From assembly GCF_006345805.1 (NCBI RefSeq), contig NW_021832279.1:1-64000 (forward strand): a stretch of 64,000 bases of DNA. Direction: 5' to 3'. Source of the DNA: Octopus sinensis (lineage: Eukaryota). A program made the position numbers and the translations under genes. The notes under the pieces were generated by a model. It ran no database searches and was not told the origin of the DNA. It saw nothing but the letters and a program-made list of their open reading frames with translations. This document shows, piece after piece, positions 1 to 12,594 of this stretch; within the stretch, counting starts at the first letter, position 1, and every line of letters begins with the position of its first letter.

Positions 1-872
1 TAACAGGACTGCTTCGACAATTTGAGACACGTTTTGAAATTTTCCGTAAACTTAAAACAAATTTATTGTTTTTTGAGCACCATTTACTGCAATTATTTCT
101 GATCTTGCAGCTAACTTACAATTGGAAATAATTGATTTAAAAGCTTATATTTATTTATTGTTAATTTACACATATAGAGTAATTTACTAGAAGTTAACAA
201 AGCCATCTATCCGAAGTGGACCCCGCCAACATAATTGACGTTGCGTTGTCTCTCACGATAGCAACGGAGATCAACTGGAGAAGCCACCGGGTCTCACGTG
301 TGTCGTGGCTTTTTAATGTGGCTAAGCGTCCAAGCTTCTTTAGGAAGCGAAGCGATTTCCCACTTATTCCTCCAGTTGTCTCGACCACAATCGGACAGAA
401 CACGAATCGATCTCGCAGCGCTTCATATTTTCTCTCCTTCGCCCTCATCGTTTTTTCCGCGGCATACAGTCTGTCCACTGCGCTCCCGGCAATGTTGGAC
501 GGGCAGAGAGTGTCCACACAGGTTGCGTCCCAGACTAGGGGTTTCCCCTCTTGTTTAAAATATAACTCAGATCTAAAAAATAAATTTACCATGGTAAGCT
601 TAGACAGCTTTTATAAATATCTCTTGACGAAGTATCCGAACTTAGCCTTAGCTACGAAGATTTTTTTAATTTTTGGAAGTACATATTTATGTAAACAACT
701 TTTTTCTTTAATGAACATAAACAAAACAGGATTTCGATTGAGGCTCACAGAAACTCATCTAAGTGAGATTCTAACATTGACAGCAACTCAGGATTTCACT
801 CCAAACATTGACGCTATTATAAAGAAAAAAAGATGTCAAGTTTCTGTAACATGTTTTAATTGTAAAAATTAA
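1..872 (+). mobile_element. Degenerate Buster/SPIN-type (GTF2IRD2-like) hAT transposase remnant, split by a CRE insertion
   Basis: LQLEIIDLK | YNSDLKNKF...FGSTYLCKQLFSLMNINK...RLTETHL...KRCQVS resembles a hAT C-terminal dimerisation region. The copy-2 left end CAGTGGTTCCCAACC is at 27689. Confidence 0.8.
143..553 (-). mobile_element. 5'-truncated CRE-like non-LTR retrotransposon (RLE domain only)
   Basis: EGKPLVWDATCVDT...IVVETTGG...RWLLQLISVAIVRDN; flanked by probable TSD TTTAAAA. Confidence 0.85.
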
Positions 873-878
873 TCAATC

Positions 879-2600
879 CTTGAAATTGTCCGATGTCGTT
901 TCCCTGCCTTATATCCGATCGTCCATCTGTCTTACGCCTCTCCCAGCTGTCTCTTGTTTGCCGACAATGTTATTATGTCCGAAACTGGCATCCAACAAGG
1001 CGACCCTCTTGGGCCCCTTTTATTCTCACTCGGGGTTGATCACATTGCCCGCCAATTGTCATCCGAGGTAAACATTTGGTACCTCGATGATGTTACTCTC
1101 GGCGGGGCTTTGGAGACCGTCAGGAAGGATATGGAAAAAATTATTTCTGGTTTTGCGTCTATTGGGCTCGCTTTGAATGGATCCAAATCCGAGCTAATAT
1201 GCTTGTCTGCGAGCCCTTCGGAATTCAAATTAATTTTTTCCACCTTATCTCGCTATATTGAAGGCCTGGGCATCACCCAGCTTGATGACCTCATCATTCT
1301 GGGTTCCCCAATCAATAGCAAGGCTACTAAGAAGGCTTTATGTGGCAGGCTCGAAGAATTGGAAATTTTAATCTCCCGCATTTTCAAACTCGAATCCCAT
1401 TTAGGCCTTTTCTTGCTAAAGAACTATCTCTTCATACCGAGGCTAACTTATCTCATGCGCTCATCGCCGTGCTTTCACGAACAAAATCACTTGTCTCGTC
1501 TCGACAACATGGTCTCTGAAGCTCTTGAACTCCTCGTAAATATCAAATTCAAACCTTCAGACATGCGACGGGTTAATTTACCTATTCGTTACGGGGGCAT
1601 CGGCATTCGTTCTTGTGCTGATTTATCCCTCCCATGTTACCTTTCCTCGTTGTCTGCCTCTGCTACTTCCTTCAACTCTGTTCTCTTCCCCTCCTCTGAA
1701 CAGCCCGAGTTGTTGGAATATGCGGCGGGTGTCAACATGTGGATTTCTCGTGGGCTTAAAATCCCGGACGTCCCCTCAGTTCAAAAGAACTGGGATGAGA
1801 TACATTGTTTGCATACACTCGAAGATATCCGCCTATGTGCTGACCAGTTTCAGTTGGCAAGCATCAATTGTGCCTGTCAACCCCACTCGGCCGATTGGCT
1901 TGACGCTTTGCCGATTTCCTCTGCTGGAATGTTGCTGGACGACGAATCTGTCCGCATCGGAATCTGTTTACGGCTTGGCATAGAGATTTGCCTGCCACAT
2001 CAGTGCAGATGCGGAAAGGTCATTGACAGGAGAGGGCTACACCCCCTCTCTTGTCGCCTCAGTACCGGCCGTATACCCAGACATGCCGCCTTGAATGATA
2101 TTGTCAAGCGCGCGCTCAACGCCGCTGGATTCCCTTCGGTCCTAGAGCCGGTTGGTTTAGACCGTGGCGACGGAAAACGTCCCGACGGGTCCACGCTATT
2201 CCCGTTCAAGGGGGGACTCGCTCTCGTTTGGGACGTGACCTGTGTCGACTCGTTTTCCTCGTAATCTCTCATGGACTCTGCCTCCCGCCCTGGCTCAGCC
2301 TCCGCACATGCCGAAACAATAAAAATAACAAAGTATGCCTCATTGGAGAACACCTGCCTTTTCGTCCCCCTGGCTTTCGAAACGAGCGGGATAATCGGCC
2401 CAAAAGCTCTTGAGTTCCTTTCGGAAATCGGCTTGATGATCTCAAGGAAGAGTCACGAGAGACGTGAGTCTAGTTGGCTTTTTCAGCGCATTTCGTTCGC
2501 GATATTGCGCGGAAACTGCCTATCTATTCGCGCGTCCTCTCAATCAAAGAATTAACATCATAAATTTACTTAATTAACAATTATTTTAGTTTAAAAAAAA
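879..2600 (+). mobile_element. 5'-truncated CRE-like retrotransposon (RT + CCHC + RLE) with a premature stop
   Basis: QQGDPLGPLLFSL, WYLDD, GGIGIR, CRCG..HPLSC..RH, KRPDG..VWDVT; TAA at ~2262; poly(A) tail; TSD AATCAATC at 871-878 and 2601-2608. Confidence 0.92.
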
Positions 2601-2889
2601 AATCAATCTGTTGTTAAATGCTTTCAAATAATAAAAAAGTTTCAAAATATTATAAAAATTATAGTAAGAAACAAATATCCTGTTAAATCGAAAAATTCAA
2701 AAATTAATAGTCTGGCCCGCGTTTTACTTTTTTTGACCGAACAAACTGGAAAGTTAAAATTAATCAGAGATTAAACGGCCAGCAAGCCGGATGGAACAGC
2801 TATTCCCACGCACAACGGCCAACAGGATCCTTATTTTGAATTTTTTAAAACACAATTTTTTTCTTTTTCATTTCACCAACAAGCACTTT

Positions 2890-3764
2890 ATTCACAAATG
2901 AAAAAATTTGAAGATAAACTTAATGAAGTAAAACAAATTATTATATATATCCGAAACAATGCATTGAGACATAGACAGTTTCGTACAATTCTTTCCGGTA
3001 GTGAAATATCTGCTGAAGACATTTTATACCATGCACAAGTTCGATGGCTATCACAAGGTGAAACAGCATGTCGTGTGCTTGATTTACGAAAAGAAATATC
3101 AAACTTTTACTCATTACACCAAATACATTTAATACTATATTCGATTATATTTTGAAACAATTTGAAGAGCGATTTAACGAATTTAAAAAAATTGAACTCA
3201 AACTTTAATTAACTGCAGCACCACATACTGTTTCGATTAAGAATGCGCCATTGGAATTTTAAATTGAATTACATTGGAATTTCAAATTGAATGCGCCATT
3301 CGGAAACACATATTCATGTGAGTCTACATTTTCCAAAATGAAATATTTAAAAAGTCAATATAGATCTCGGATAACGGATGCAAATTTAGAATCATGTTTG
3401 CGCATAATGATATCTACCCTACCAGTGGATTTCAATAAGCTCGCAAAAAATACCAAAGATCCTGGCCTTCATTAGAATAACTTGTATAATACATTTCTTT
3501 TAATTAACTTTCCTTCTTTCTTATCTTTTTTCCATGAAATAATTATTTATTTTAATAATATGATGTCCCTGATGAACGAGAGCATTTCCTGTCCAAGAAC
3601 TCATTCGGTCTCGATGACAATGGGCAACTTATGCGGTCACTTTTAATAATTAAAAAAATTACTATATTTATATCGAAAAAATAATGCAGAAAATGTGCGG
3701 CCGTGGAAGAGAAGGAAAAATAAATGCTATGCGGCCGCAAACCCAAAAAGCTTGCGCACCCCTG
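2890..3764 (+). mobile_element. Internally deleted Buster/GTF2IRD2-like hAT remnant with right terminus
   Basis: NNALRHRQFR..YHAQVRWLSQG and FGNTYSCESTFSKMKYLKSQYRSRITD; ends CTTGCGCACCCCTG followed by GACTAGAT (nnnTAnnn). Confidence 0.75.
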
Positions 3765-5161
3765 GACTAGATATTTGTCCAACCTTAGTTTCCTATAGGA
3801 TAGGAAACTAACCAGTTTGAGTATATTTTGGTAAATTAAATTAGTAAGTACGTCATAAATCAATTTCCAATCTAAAATCGTAATTTTAGCCTCGCAGCAG
3901 CAATGTTTGTCTCTCAAAATGTTTACAGACTCATTCCTCTTGAACCCAGGTTCCTGGACGACCAGTCTGTAGGTTCCCGGTGCCAGGAACCTGTAATACG
4001 CCCCCAGTGCGTCTAAGGACTGCATGCAAAAGTGCACTTGTAGAGACGTTGTGTGCAATATATTCATTCGTGCTTAAATCAATAACTTGCACATAAACAT
4101 TGCTAAGTGCCTCCCCACTTTTCCCATCTAAGACGAGTCCCTTCACTCCGAGATGAGTCTGGGAGATCAGCAAACCTAGAAACACCTGCCAGATGAGATT
4201 CACCAAGGCAGATTTGTGCTGTTCCCAAAACGATTTGTGCTGTTCTCGTCCCAGCTAGGGAATTTTGTGCAAGACATTTCAATCGTCAGTTCAAAACCGT
4301 CGGTCCCCAAATACGTGTAGTCCATAAGTTCCCCACTCATGCTTTACCAGTAGGCCCCCTTCACGACCCCACGGTCGAACTCAGTCCATTCGTCCGCACA
4401 CTTTACAGTGCCAGAACTGAGGGAGTTCGCATACTGTCTAGATATATAGCTTTGTAAGTTCAGAAGTCATAAAACATGAATGTGACATCGTCGGGGCATT
4501 TGGTGTAGACATTCTAGTTCTGCAGGTTCCTGTCGAACGGTTAAAACCACCACGTTGGATCCTCCGTGGAGTGTCGCCCCCAGGACGAATGGGAGACTGT
4601 CCATGTACTCCACAATTCGCTGTGTCTCCTTCGCTCGCTCTCAATTGCTCAAAATGTGAAAAACCAGTCTCTTTTGCTTCAGAGTGCCTGTTGTTGGATC
4701 AAAGACGGGAAAGTCCCGATTGAGGTCAATTTCCTGAGCATTCTCTCGGGCATTCAAGTCAAATCCGTCGGGGTTGATAGTAGGAAATATGTGAATTCTA
4801 GTCATGTCGACAAGTCTCCTTATCTGGCACTCGTTGTTGAAATACTGATGACACAAATGGTCGGCCAACAGCAACAAGAGTTCTCTCCCCACTGTCTCAT
4901 CTCCGTGGATATTCCCGAAATATCGAAACTTGGGAATCCCTTCAAATGAGGTCAACAATTACCAATTGTATGTTTTCTGGGCTTTTTTCCGAATATAATC
5001 CCTTGAATGCTCTCAGAATGAAAGGAATAGTTCTTTAGTTCGACAATGTGAGTTATCTCCGGACAGTTTGCATGCACTCGGGACAAGAATTGCTTTATTT
5101 CCTCATTGCTGTGGTAACTGCTTAATATAGAACAACAGATGGCTAATGCCAGCAAGAACAT
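3765..5161 (-). pseudogene. M14B metallocarboxypeptidase (carboxypeptidase D/M/E-like) pseudogene
   Basis: Signal-peptide-like N-terminus, GNIHGDE, PTINPDG, DLNRDFP, LHGG, CPDD, ELTIEMSCTKFP and a transthyretin-like tail (GVKGLV..YYRFLAPGTY). Introns of 23/27/26 nt. Frameshift near 4541 and in-frame stops downstream. Confidence 0.88.
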
Positions 5162-5834
5162 TGTATTTTATTACTCGCACTCAATTAACAAATAATTCTT
5201 AACCAAAGTAGGTGTGTGACCCCGACCTCTGTTCTCTGATATATGCGGCCACTCCAATGCCGAATCTCCCCAACTTATGGGTTCGCGGGACACATTCTGG
5301 ATGATCTCATCCCCCATTTTGGTCTAAGTAATGATTCGGGAAATGTACTTTGAAAAATCCAATGTACTTGTCGGCCGCCAGTCTCTCCAAACTGTTAGGG
5401 TACGTGTTCTCCGCCAGGGACTTGACTCGATCGGTGACGTAGCTAGCGTGGGGAAGGAGGTAGGATTTGACTAAGAGAGACACCCAACCTCGTGCCCCAG
5501 AGACAGCAATCCACATGTGGCTCCGTAGCAGGCGGGTGTGGAGGAATGAGAACTTGAGAGAACAGTCTCCAACACTCTGCACACCCTCAACTTGATCTGG
5601 GTAATATCCGAGTCGAACAGACTGCATGATCCCACTTCTTACCTCACAATCTTCTCCATCGTGGACACAGCAAAGTCCCTGAGTATCCATTGGTTGTGGA
5701 AGTGCAGCACAAATCTCCTTAGTGACAATACAACTGAGGACACAGGAGTTCGTCCAACTGGGAGTAAGGAATGAGACTACATATTGTTCGACGTATATTT
5801 TGTCATTCCTGATGACAGCATTGAATAATATATA

Positions 5835-7269
5835 CAGTGACTCCTCTGAAATTGGCCACCTCTAAAATTGGCCACCTCTGAAATTGACCACACTTATAAA
5901 ATTATCTTAAGAAAAATTCGAATTTCCATTGAAAGTGGCCAATTCTCAAATTGACCATAAATTTTAAAATATATTTTATATAATTTGCAAATTAATAAAA
6001 TTTCAGTTATTTTATGTCTTTCAACAATTCTCGTGGTAATTATACTCGTCTCACTTTTTATCAAAAAATACAGATTTTAACTTATAAAAATCAAAATGAA
6101 GATGTTTCATGTCAGTATTTTGCTGATAGATTTTCCCATTTGTTTAAAAAGAAGATTTTCAGAAAAACAATTAATAATATTATTTTGAAAAAAGATTTTT
6201 TTCTCAAAGAGTGTAAAAAACAAAATCTATCTTCAAAAAATGCGCATAGACTCAGTGTAAAAAACAAAGCTTGATGCTATGTTAGTTGAATGGATGGATT
6301 CGATTGAGTCTAAAGGTAATTTGGGATCACATTAAACAAACGCCCTCAAATTTACACATATTAAACAAACGCCCCTAAATTTATACATGTCAAACATTCG
6401 ACGAAAACACACTTGAGAATTAGCAAGTCTACCCCGATGGTACTTTTGTTTATGACAAAAGAGACTTTCATCGATTTGGCAGACTACATTTTCTCCACCC
6501 ATGTGATCCGTAATTTTTACTAATTTATGATTAAGGTGGCTTTTTTAATGATGCTTTAATTTCAAATAAGGCTAATTTATTCGCAGCTGAATTAAAACTG
6601 GATAATTTTAAAAACTCAAATGGATACCTTCATAAATTCAAAAAGAGGCATGGTTTTCAAATGACCAAGTTACATGAAGAAATGAGAACTAATGATCCAG
6701 TAAATGTCGACTTATTTATCGAAAAATTCATAGAAATATCAAAGAGTTATAATGCCGATCAAATTTATAACTTGGACGAAACGGGATTGTATTACAAGCT
6801 GATTCCTTCGAAGAGTATTTTTAGAAACAGATTTCAAGGATTTTGAATATTCTGAAAATGATACATTTCAAGACGTTGAGGATATTGAAAATATAAAAAA
6901 TGAAGAAGAAGTAGAAGCTGAAGTAGAATCCAATGATTCAATTGACAAAGAAGACATTGTGATTAAGTTAACTAAAATTGAAAACGAGCTCCTAAAAAAC
7001 ATTGAGAACGAACATGAAGTTCAATTGATTACATCCATAAGGCGCTATAAGGAAAATGTCATTAAAACTCAAAAAAAGCAGATGGGCATCCAATTCTACT
7101 TTAAGAACATTAATAATGCTTAATTACTTAAAATTTTCTGGATAAAAGTTGTTCTTATTCAAAATTTAATTTATACAAAAAATTGATTTTATTTCTCAAA
7201 TTGGCCATTTCTCGAATTGACCACAAAAACACGTGGAACCAAAAATGGCCAATTTCAAAGGAGTCACTG
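5835..7269 (+). mobile_element. Non-autonomous Tigger/pogo-type DNA transposon
   Basis: 24-bp TIR CAGTGACTCCT(C/T)TGAAATTGGCCA, TA TSD, CENP-B-like HTH, IYNLDETGLYYK; DDE core largely deleted. Confidence 0.9.
6323..6509. mobile_element. ~190-bp MITE inside the transposase mini-intron
   Basis: Termini GGATCACAT...ATGTGATCC, flanking duplication GTAATTT (6316-6322, 6510-6516), internal ~29-bp tandem repeat. Confidence 0.7.
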
Positions 7270-8440
7270 TATAAGGATTACACAAGGCAATGTTCTCTTG
7301 AGTCTGCCACATGAATACTCCCCCCCCCCTCAGATATGACCAGTGGGAACATTATCGAGGCCACTGAGGGGTCCATCGACAGAGTAGCCAGTGCCTCCTA
7401 TGTGTTGCGTGGGTTTTCTGATTCTTAATTTGTTGCATAGCATGACATAACTTATACAACAAACATTAAATTAATAACTAAAATATGTGAAGAAATAAAA
7501 TATAAATAAAATTTTTTGTTCATGGGTGTATAATCCTTTATGCCGCGGATGCAAAGAGGTAAAGCGTCTCCCCTCTCAAAAAAGTGATTCGTCTGCCCAA
7601 AGGACAAAAGAAAAGCTTGAAATTGCGTATCATCGAGACTGATCCTGGATAAGTCGACTTGAATCATTCCCGATCTACTGACACTTTGACGTTTCTGAGA
7701 TTTTCCGCTGTGACGCAGAACGCATTTGAGCTTATTTTCCTGTAGATGTTGATCTTTGTTTGATTTATCGCTGTGATTTTCCATGTGAAAGTCCAGTCAA
7801 ATCTAAACACGTAGAAAAACAATATTTTAGTTTTGGAAACTCAATTAAGAATACAATATTTATACTTTGATTTTTATTGTTGAATAAAAGTATATTTAAT
7901 TGACCAACAAATACCAAACTCTCGCAACCAAACATCTTTTGCCCTGTCACATTCAAAACCACGGGGAACGGTTTCTCCGTAAAAAAAGTCGATTGGTTCT
8001 ACGCACGTGGAGAACTCGCATATTGATTTTCTGATTTTCATAGTATGACTCAAATCTTAAGACGAAGATTATGAATCCTCAGTTGGCAATGGTTGGAAGG
8101 GTGTTGAGGAGGTCGATTTTTATAGTAAAACTCAAATATTCAGACTACGATTATAAATCCTTAGTTTGAGATATTTAGAAGAATGTCAAACAAGTTAATA
8201 TAGTCGACAATAAAGGGTTGCAATTCGAAGTTCGTACCTATAAATTTGATTTTTGCTGTTACAATTTGAAGTTTGTAATAGTCAAATTGAGTTGAAAATG
8301 GTATAGTTTTGATAATCAAAATCTGGTTTATAAAGAGGGGTTTTTCTTGACATCGGCATCATAAAATTTGACTCTATCTTAAGTCAATCACGAACTTTTG
8401 AAAGTTCATCACCATGCATTCTAAAGGTTTTAAACAATGT

Positions 8441-8770
8441 GAATGAATGAATTTTTTTATTAAAACGGAAAAGCCGAAAAAAGAGAGAGAAAGTTAATGA
8501 GACAACGTATGCCTCTTCTCCTTTGTTTTCCTCTTTTTTTTAATTCGAGATTCGAGAGGAAAAGGCTCTCTCAAGAACACTTCCAACCGTTTCCGTCGCG
8601 TCTTCCATCTCTTGAGGGATGGGTTGGTCCAGCTAGAGTCCATTTGCCAATTTGATGGCATATCGTCTCGTCTTTTCGAGCTTAGCGATAATTCCATCCC
8701 TCTCACCAGTAGGGTATCATCCCTCGAAACCGTAGGTAAGCAATGGTTCCAGACCATCCATCAATTTACC
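8441..8770 (-). mobile_element. 3' end of a Jockey/I-like LINE with (ATTC)n tail
   Basis: 8441-8560 closely matches 51620-51740, the 3' end of the Jockey-like element. Confidence 0.75.
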
Positions 8771-10860
8771 ATCATTTCTTAATAGATAACTATTTGTTGC
8801 TGATTTATCGAAATTATTCTCCAATCCAGATGATTCAAAGTAATAATTCACATCTTCCATCATCCGGCCAATGTCTTCTCTTCTTTGGACAATAGCTTCA
8901 AGTCGTCAATGAATAGGAAGTGATTTGTAGAAAATGTTAAGGAATTAATGCCACCAGAATTTATCGATATATTTGGATATTTTGAAGATAAAAGTCTACT
9001 TAACGGATCCAAAACAAGTACAAATAATTGGGGCAACAGAGAGTCGCCTTGGAGTATACCACGTTCTATATTAACAGTTCCCAGCTGTTTTTTTCCCAAT
9101 ATCAAAGAGACTTTCCAGTTTGGAATAATTGACATAATAAAACTAGTTATCCAATTAGGCAGTCCAGAGTTTTCGAGGATTTCAACAAGAAAATCATGAT
9201 CAACTGAGTCAAATGCTTTCTTGACGTCGATCCATGCACAAAATAATTTATTATCGTGCGCTCTGTTGACGCATCTGTTTAAAAGTGCAAGTTCTTTTGC
9301 TCCTTGACAATGTCGTTTAGTTCCAAGCTGGTACAGAGTTATCAAGTTGTAAGTGTCGGTATATATTGCAATTTTTTTCATTCACACACTTTGTAACCAG
9401 TTTGTTTACAATAGACACCTTTTTGTTTAGGATTCGAATCTGGTCTGTGATTGTTGTCGAGATTCTTTCAAATTCTTCCCTTTTGGATTTTTTGTAATTG
9501 TAAGAACATAAAATGTCAATGACTTTCTTCTTTTCTTCGTCTTTAATAGTAGACATAAAGTATTTCGATATTCATATATCCTTTTCAGTCAAAGACTCAA
9601 TTTTATTTTGGATTCTCTGCTTCCAATTCGTTTTAATTGGATCTCTCATTGTAATTTGTTAATACACACATTGCGCGGAATATATCGGCCAGTTTTACAT
9701 TAACACATTTAGTGACAAGTTTATACAATTTCGGCATACAAGTTATAGGACGTAAGTCCTTCGGGGTCTCACAATCATCTTTTTTAGGAATCAAATACTC
9801 TCCATCAATTATTCGGGTTATCCCGTGACGCAGAAATCCATGTAATGACTCCATCTTCTTAATGGAAAAGTTATATATCCCGTCACACCCACATGTCTTC
9901 CAGTCAGGAAGATACTTAATAACATTTCCAAAAAACTCTTCCGTGAACTCTGGAAGCATATGTTCAGAACAATTAGTTCGTTTTTCAACAACGTCATATG
10001 ATTCAGGCTTCTCATTTCTCTCGCTCCAGACTTTTTGCCAAAAAGAGACACATTCTTCATCATCAAATCCATACAGCGTCACTTCCTCTTTCATTGTTAA
10101 GTCTCGATAGAATCTTTTTCGATTTAATTCGAAGCACTGATTATCCTTACAAAATTGCTTCCTTGAATTATGAACTTCTATTTTCTTCATGTTAATTCTA
10201 ATCAGGTCTTGCAATAATATCTGAATCCTCGACAATCAGGTTAGTTGGGAAGCTGTTAAATTACTTCATTAATTGTTTTTTTGCTACAGTCGGAAAATGT
10301 GTTCTCTGCCTGATGACTCTCTTACTAATCGCCACTGTACTTCTACCCCTCTCGTGTTTACTCTTATTTTCTTCCAATACGACAGGCATTCGCTTTCGTC
10401 AAACATAAGTTCTGCGACGTTTCTTCATTGTTTAATGTTAAAAAAACGTCGCCGGTTGAGTTCAAAACACCAATTCTCTTTCTGCTTTAGTGAGTCTTAG
10501 TTTTTTCTCAACAATATTTATTTCGTCTCTAATGCAAGCAGATATCTTTCCAAGTTCTCCTCTCTTTAACTTTCAGAATCCGTATTTACTCAGGGTATCT
10601 CTCGTTGCCTCATCGAACTTTGATTTTCCATTGGAAAGTTAGATTTTGTTCCCGACATTTTGCTTTAAATTCGCAACATCCTTGACGTAAGGAAATGTTC
10701 TTTAAAAGCTCAGGCGATTATAGACAATCCACTTCGTGGTATCCTTTTGAATTTTGCATTAGCCACCTCATTAGTCCAGTTGATCATGTTTATTTTCGTT
10801 ATTTGATCGATAATACGCGTAACGATCACAAATTAGCAGGCACTCCAAGTGTGACTCTAG
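8770..10860 (-). mobile_element. Degenerate R4/Dong-like non-LTR retrotransposon (RT)
   Basis: FELNRKRFYR, WKTCGCDGI, LRPITCMP.LYKL, AWIDVKKAFDSVDH, GILQGDSL.P.LF, NHFLFIDDLKL. Confidence 0.82.
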
Positions 10861-11046
10861 ACTGGGGGAATGAGTAGCCTATTTTTGATCACACGGTCTA
10901 CGTTATTGATGGAAACCAGAATTCAGAAAATGATTTCTAATTATCTAATATGGATCTAAAAAAACTAAAAACTAAAAGAATTAAAATCAATTTTAAAATA
11001 TAATACCATTCTTTTTAGTGTGTTGTTGTATTTATCAGTGTATCAG

Positions 11047-11450
11047 ATGTTCCACAATGACATTAATGTAATTGAGGATGAGGCATATTTGTAATATTTG
11101 AATACACAGTTCGAGGATGAAACTATTCTTGAGAGATTGTGTGCCTTGACTGAAATATTCCCTCAATCATTTCGGGATTTTGTATGGAATGTTTCCGAAA
11201 CAACCAGCAAAGTGACGATCAGTGTCATTTCTCGTCTGTCCACGATAGCATGGGGAGTCACAACTTCTCTGATAATTATTGTTCTCCCCGTAATGCTTGA
11301 AAATGAGAGATTTGCTGTAACTAATCAAATCGAACAACAACAAAGACAGGTATTGGTTATATTGAAATATTTGTACAGGTCTTACTTGGACCTAATGCTT
11401 CTTCTGGGTCTTTTAGAAGTGTACCTCCCCCTCAATTAACTCGAATGTGA
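11047..11450 (+). CDS. TOMM22: Mitochondrial import receptor TOM22, intact; exons 11047-11082, 11110-11349, 11379-11450
   Basis: EDETILERLCALTEIFP, TM segment AWGVTTSLIIIVLPV, QQQRQ|VLLGPN; 27-nt GC-AG and 29-nt GT-AG introns restore one frame. Confidence 0.9.
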
Positions 11451-11643
11451 TTTAGAATTTTAACTGAATTTGTTTTAAGAGTTGGTTTTAATAATTATTT
11501 GTTAATTTGACTATGAGTAAATCCCCACTACTATGTTTCCTGAGACCTTTATTACGCGATAGTAGTAGATTCTATTAAAACGTTAAGCTCAGTCAGATGT
11601 AGTCGAAATTTGATATTTTGCTAAATACAGAACATAAATATAT

Positions 11644-11915
11644 TCAATCCCATTGGTTGTAGTAATGGTCGGGCTGATGAGTTTTCACGAAGCTGATTTC
11701 AATGAGGACCTTTCCTACTCCCAACTTTTTGCCAAGTCTAATCATACGTGCCGCCTTTTCAACCTGAGCAGTTTTTTTAAATGGAAGTCTGATTTGAACA
11801 TGAGGCATCTATCTCTGTTGAAATTACTTTTTGAACTAATTTTAGTATTGACAAGACCATCTGTTCCAAATGGTTTTCCCACTTCTCGCCAAGTTTTCTT
11901 TTGTATTTCGACCTA
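11644..11915 (-). other. Unidentified terminal exon-like ORF convergent on TOM22
   Basis: Open frame PHVQIRLPFKKTAQVEKAARMIRLGKKLGVGKVLIEISFVKTHQPDHYYNQWD*; family not recognised; 17 bp missing in copy 2. Confidence 0.3.
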
Positions 11916-11919
11916 ATTA

Positions 11920-12380
11920 TCATGTCTAAATGTGACATCTATAAGGGTGATCCACTTGCCTTATTAATGTTTGCCCTCTCTGTTGACCACACCGCTCGTA
12001 ACTTATCTTACAAAGTAAATTTCTGGTATCTGGACGACGTGACTATTGGATAACTCACTGATATGGTTTCCAAGGATGTCTCCAGAATCATTTCTGGTTC
12101 CTGAAGACTGGACTCTCCTTAAATAGCAGCAAATGTGAACTCGTAAATATCTCTCTACCCAGGCACTCTTTTTCGTGCATTCTCAACCATTGGTTGCCTG
12201 ATCAAAGAGCTGCGGTTCCCGTCGAACAATGATTGGTTATTCTTGGCATGCCAATCTTCAAAGTGGGGCATAGTTAAAGCCTTGTAAAGAAAGTAGGATA
12301 AAATTAAGCTGTTAACTGATCGAATCCGTGGTCTTGGCTATCATTTGGCGTTTTTCCTGTGAAGAATTTTCTTTTTGGAA
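11920..12380 (+). mobile_element. Heavily degraded CRE-like RT fragment
   Basis: KGDPLALLMFALSVDH...VNFWYLDDVTIG; frameshifted. Confidence 0.75.
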
Positions 12381-12594
12381 GACGATGAAACCGTACCTTC
12401 TACATTAAAGCTCAATTGAAAATTTTTTTATTCCTTTAACAAACTCAATGAGCTCTCAGAATACTCCTCTCTTTGCCGTATTTGGAATACACTTGCCCTC
12501 GGTTTTATGTGACGAGCTGTGGACACATTTTCTGGAAAAATACTAGCAAAAAATCCTTGTTTTAGTAGTGGCTAAAAGGTGTCGGAGGTGAATT

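Larger units (their letters stand above)
5200..8150 (-). pseudogene. TAF6: TAF6-like (TFIID subunit 6) pseudogene interrupted by a Tigger/pogo element
   Basis: Fragments EALATLSMDP..ISEG, NDKIYVEQY|LDELL, NQWILRDFA and LVKSYLLP match TAF6 motifs (EALQSIATDP, LYLEKYVHEL, NHWALRDFA, VIKTLILP). Stops, frameshifts and 21-23-nt introns present. 5' limit approximate. Confidence 0.72.
1..12594 (+). repeat. Copy 1 of a near-identical segmental duplication (partner 28055-40635)
   Basis: ORF track repeats with constant offset 28054 and identical translations. The only differences seen are a 2-bp, a 17-bp and two 1-bp indels after ~11000. The copies diverge after GTCGGAGGTGAATT (12594 / 40635). Confidence 0.97.

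Noticed and set aside
216-872. 218-aa plus-strand ORF and many other antisense ORFs over CRE elements
   Set aside because: Shadows of GC-richer CRE coding strands, or chance fusions with hAT remnants.
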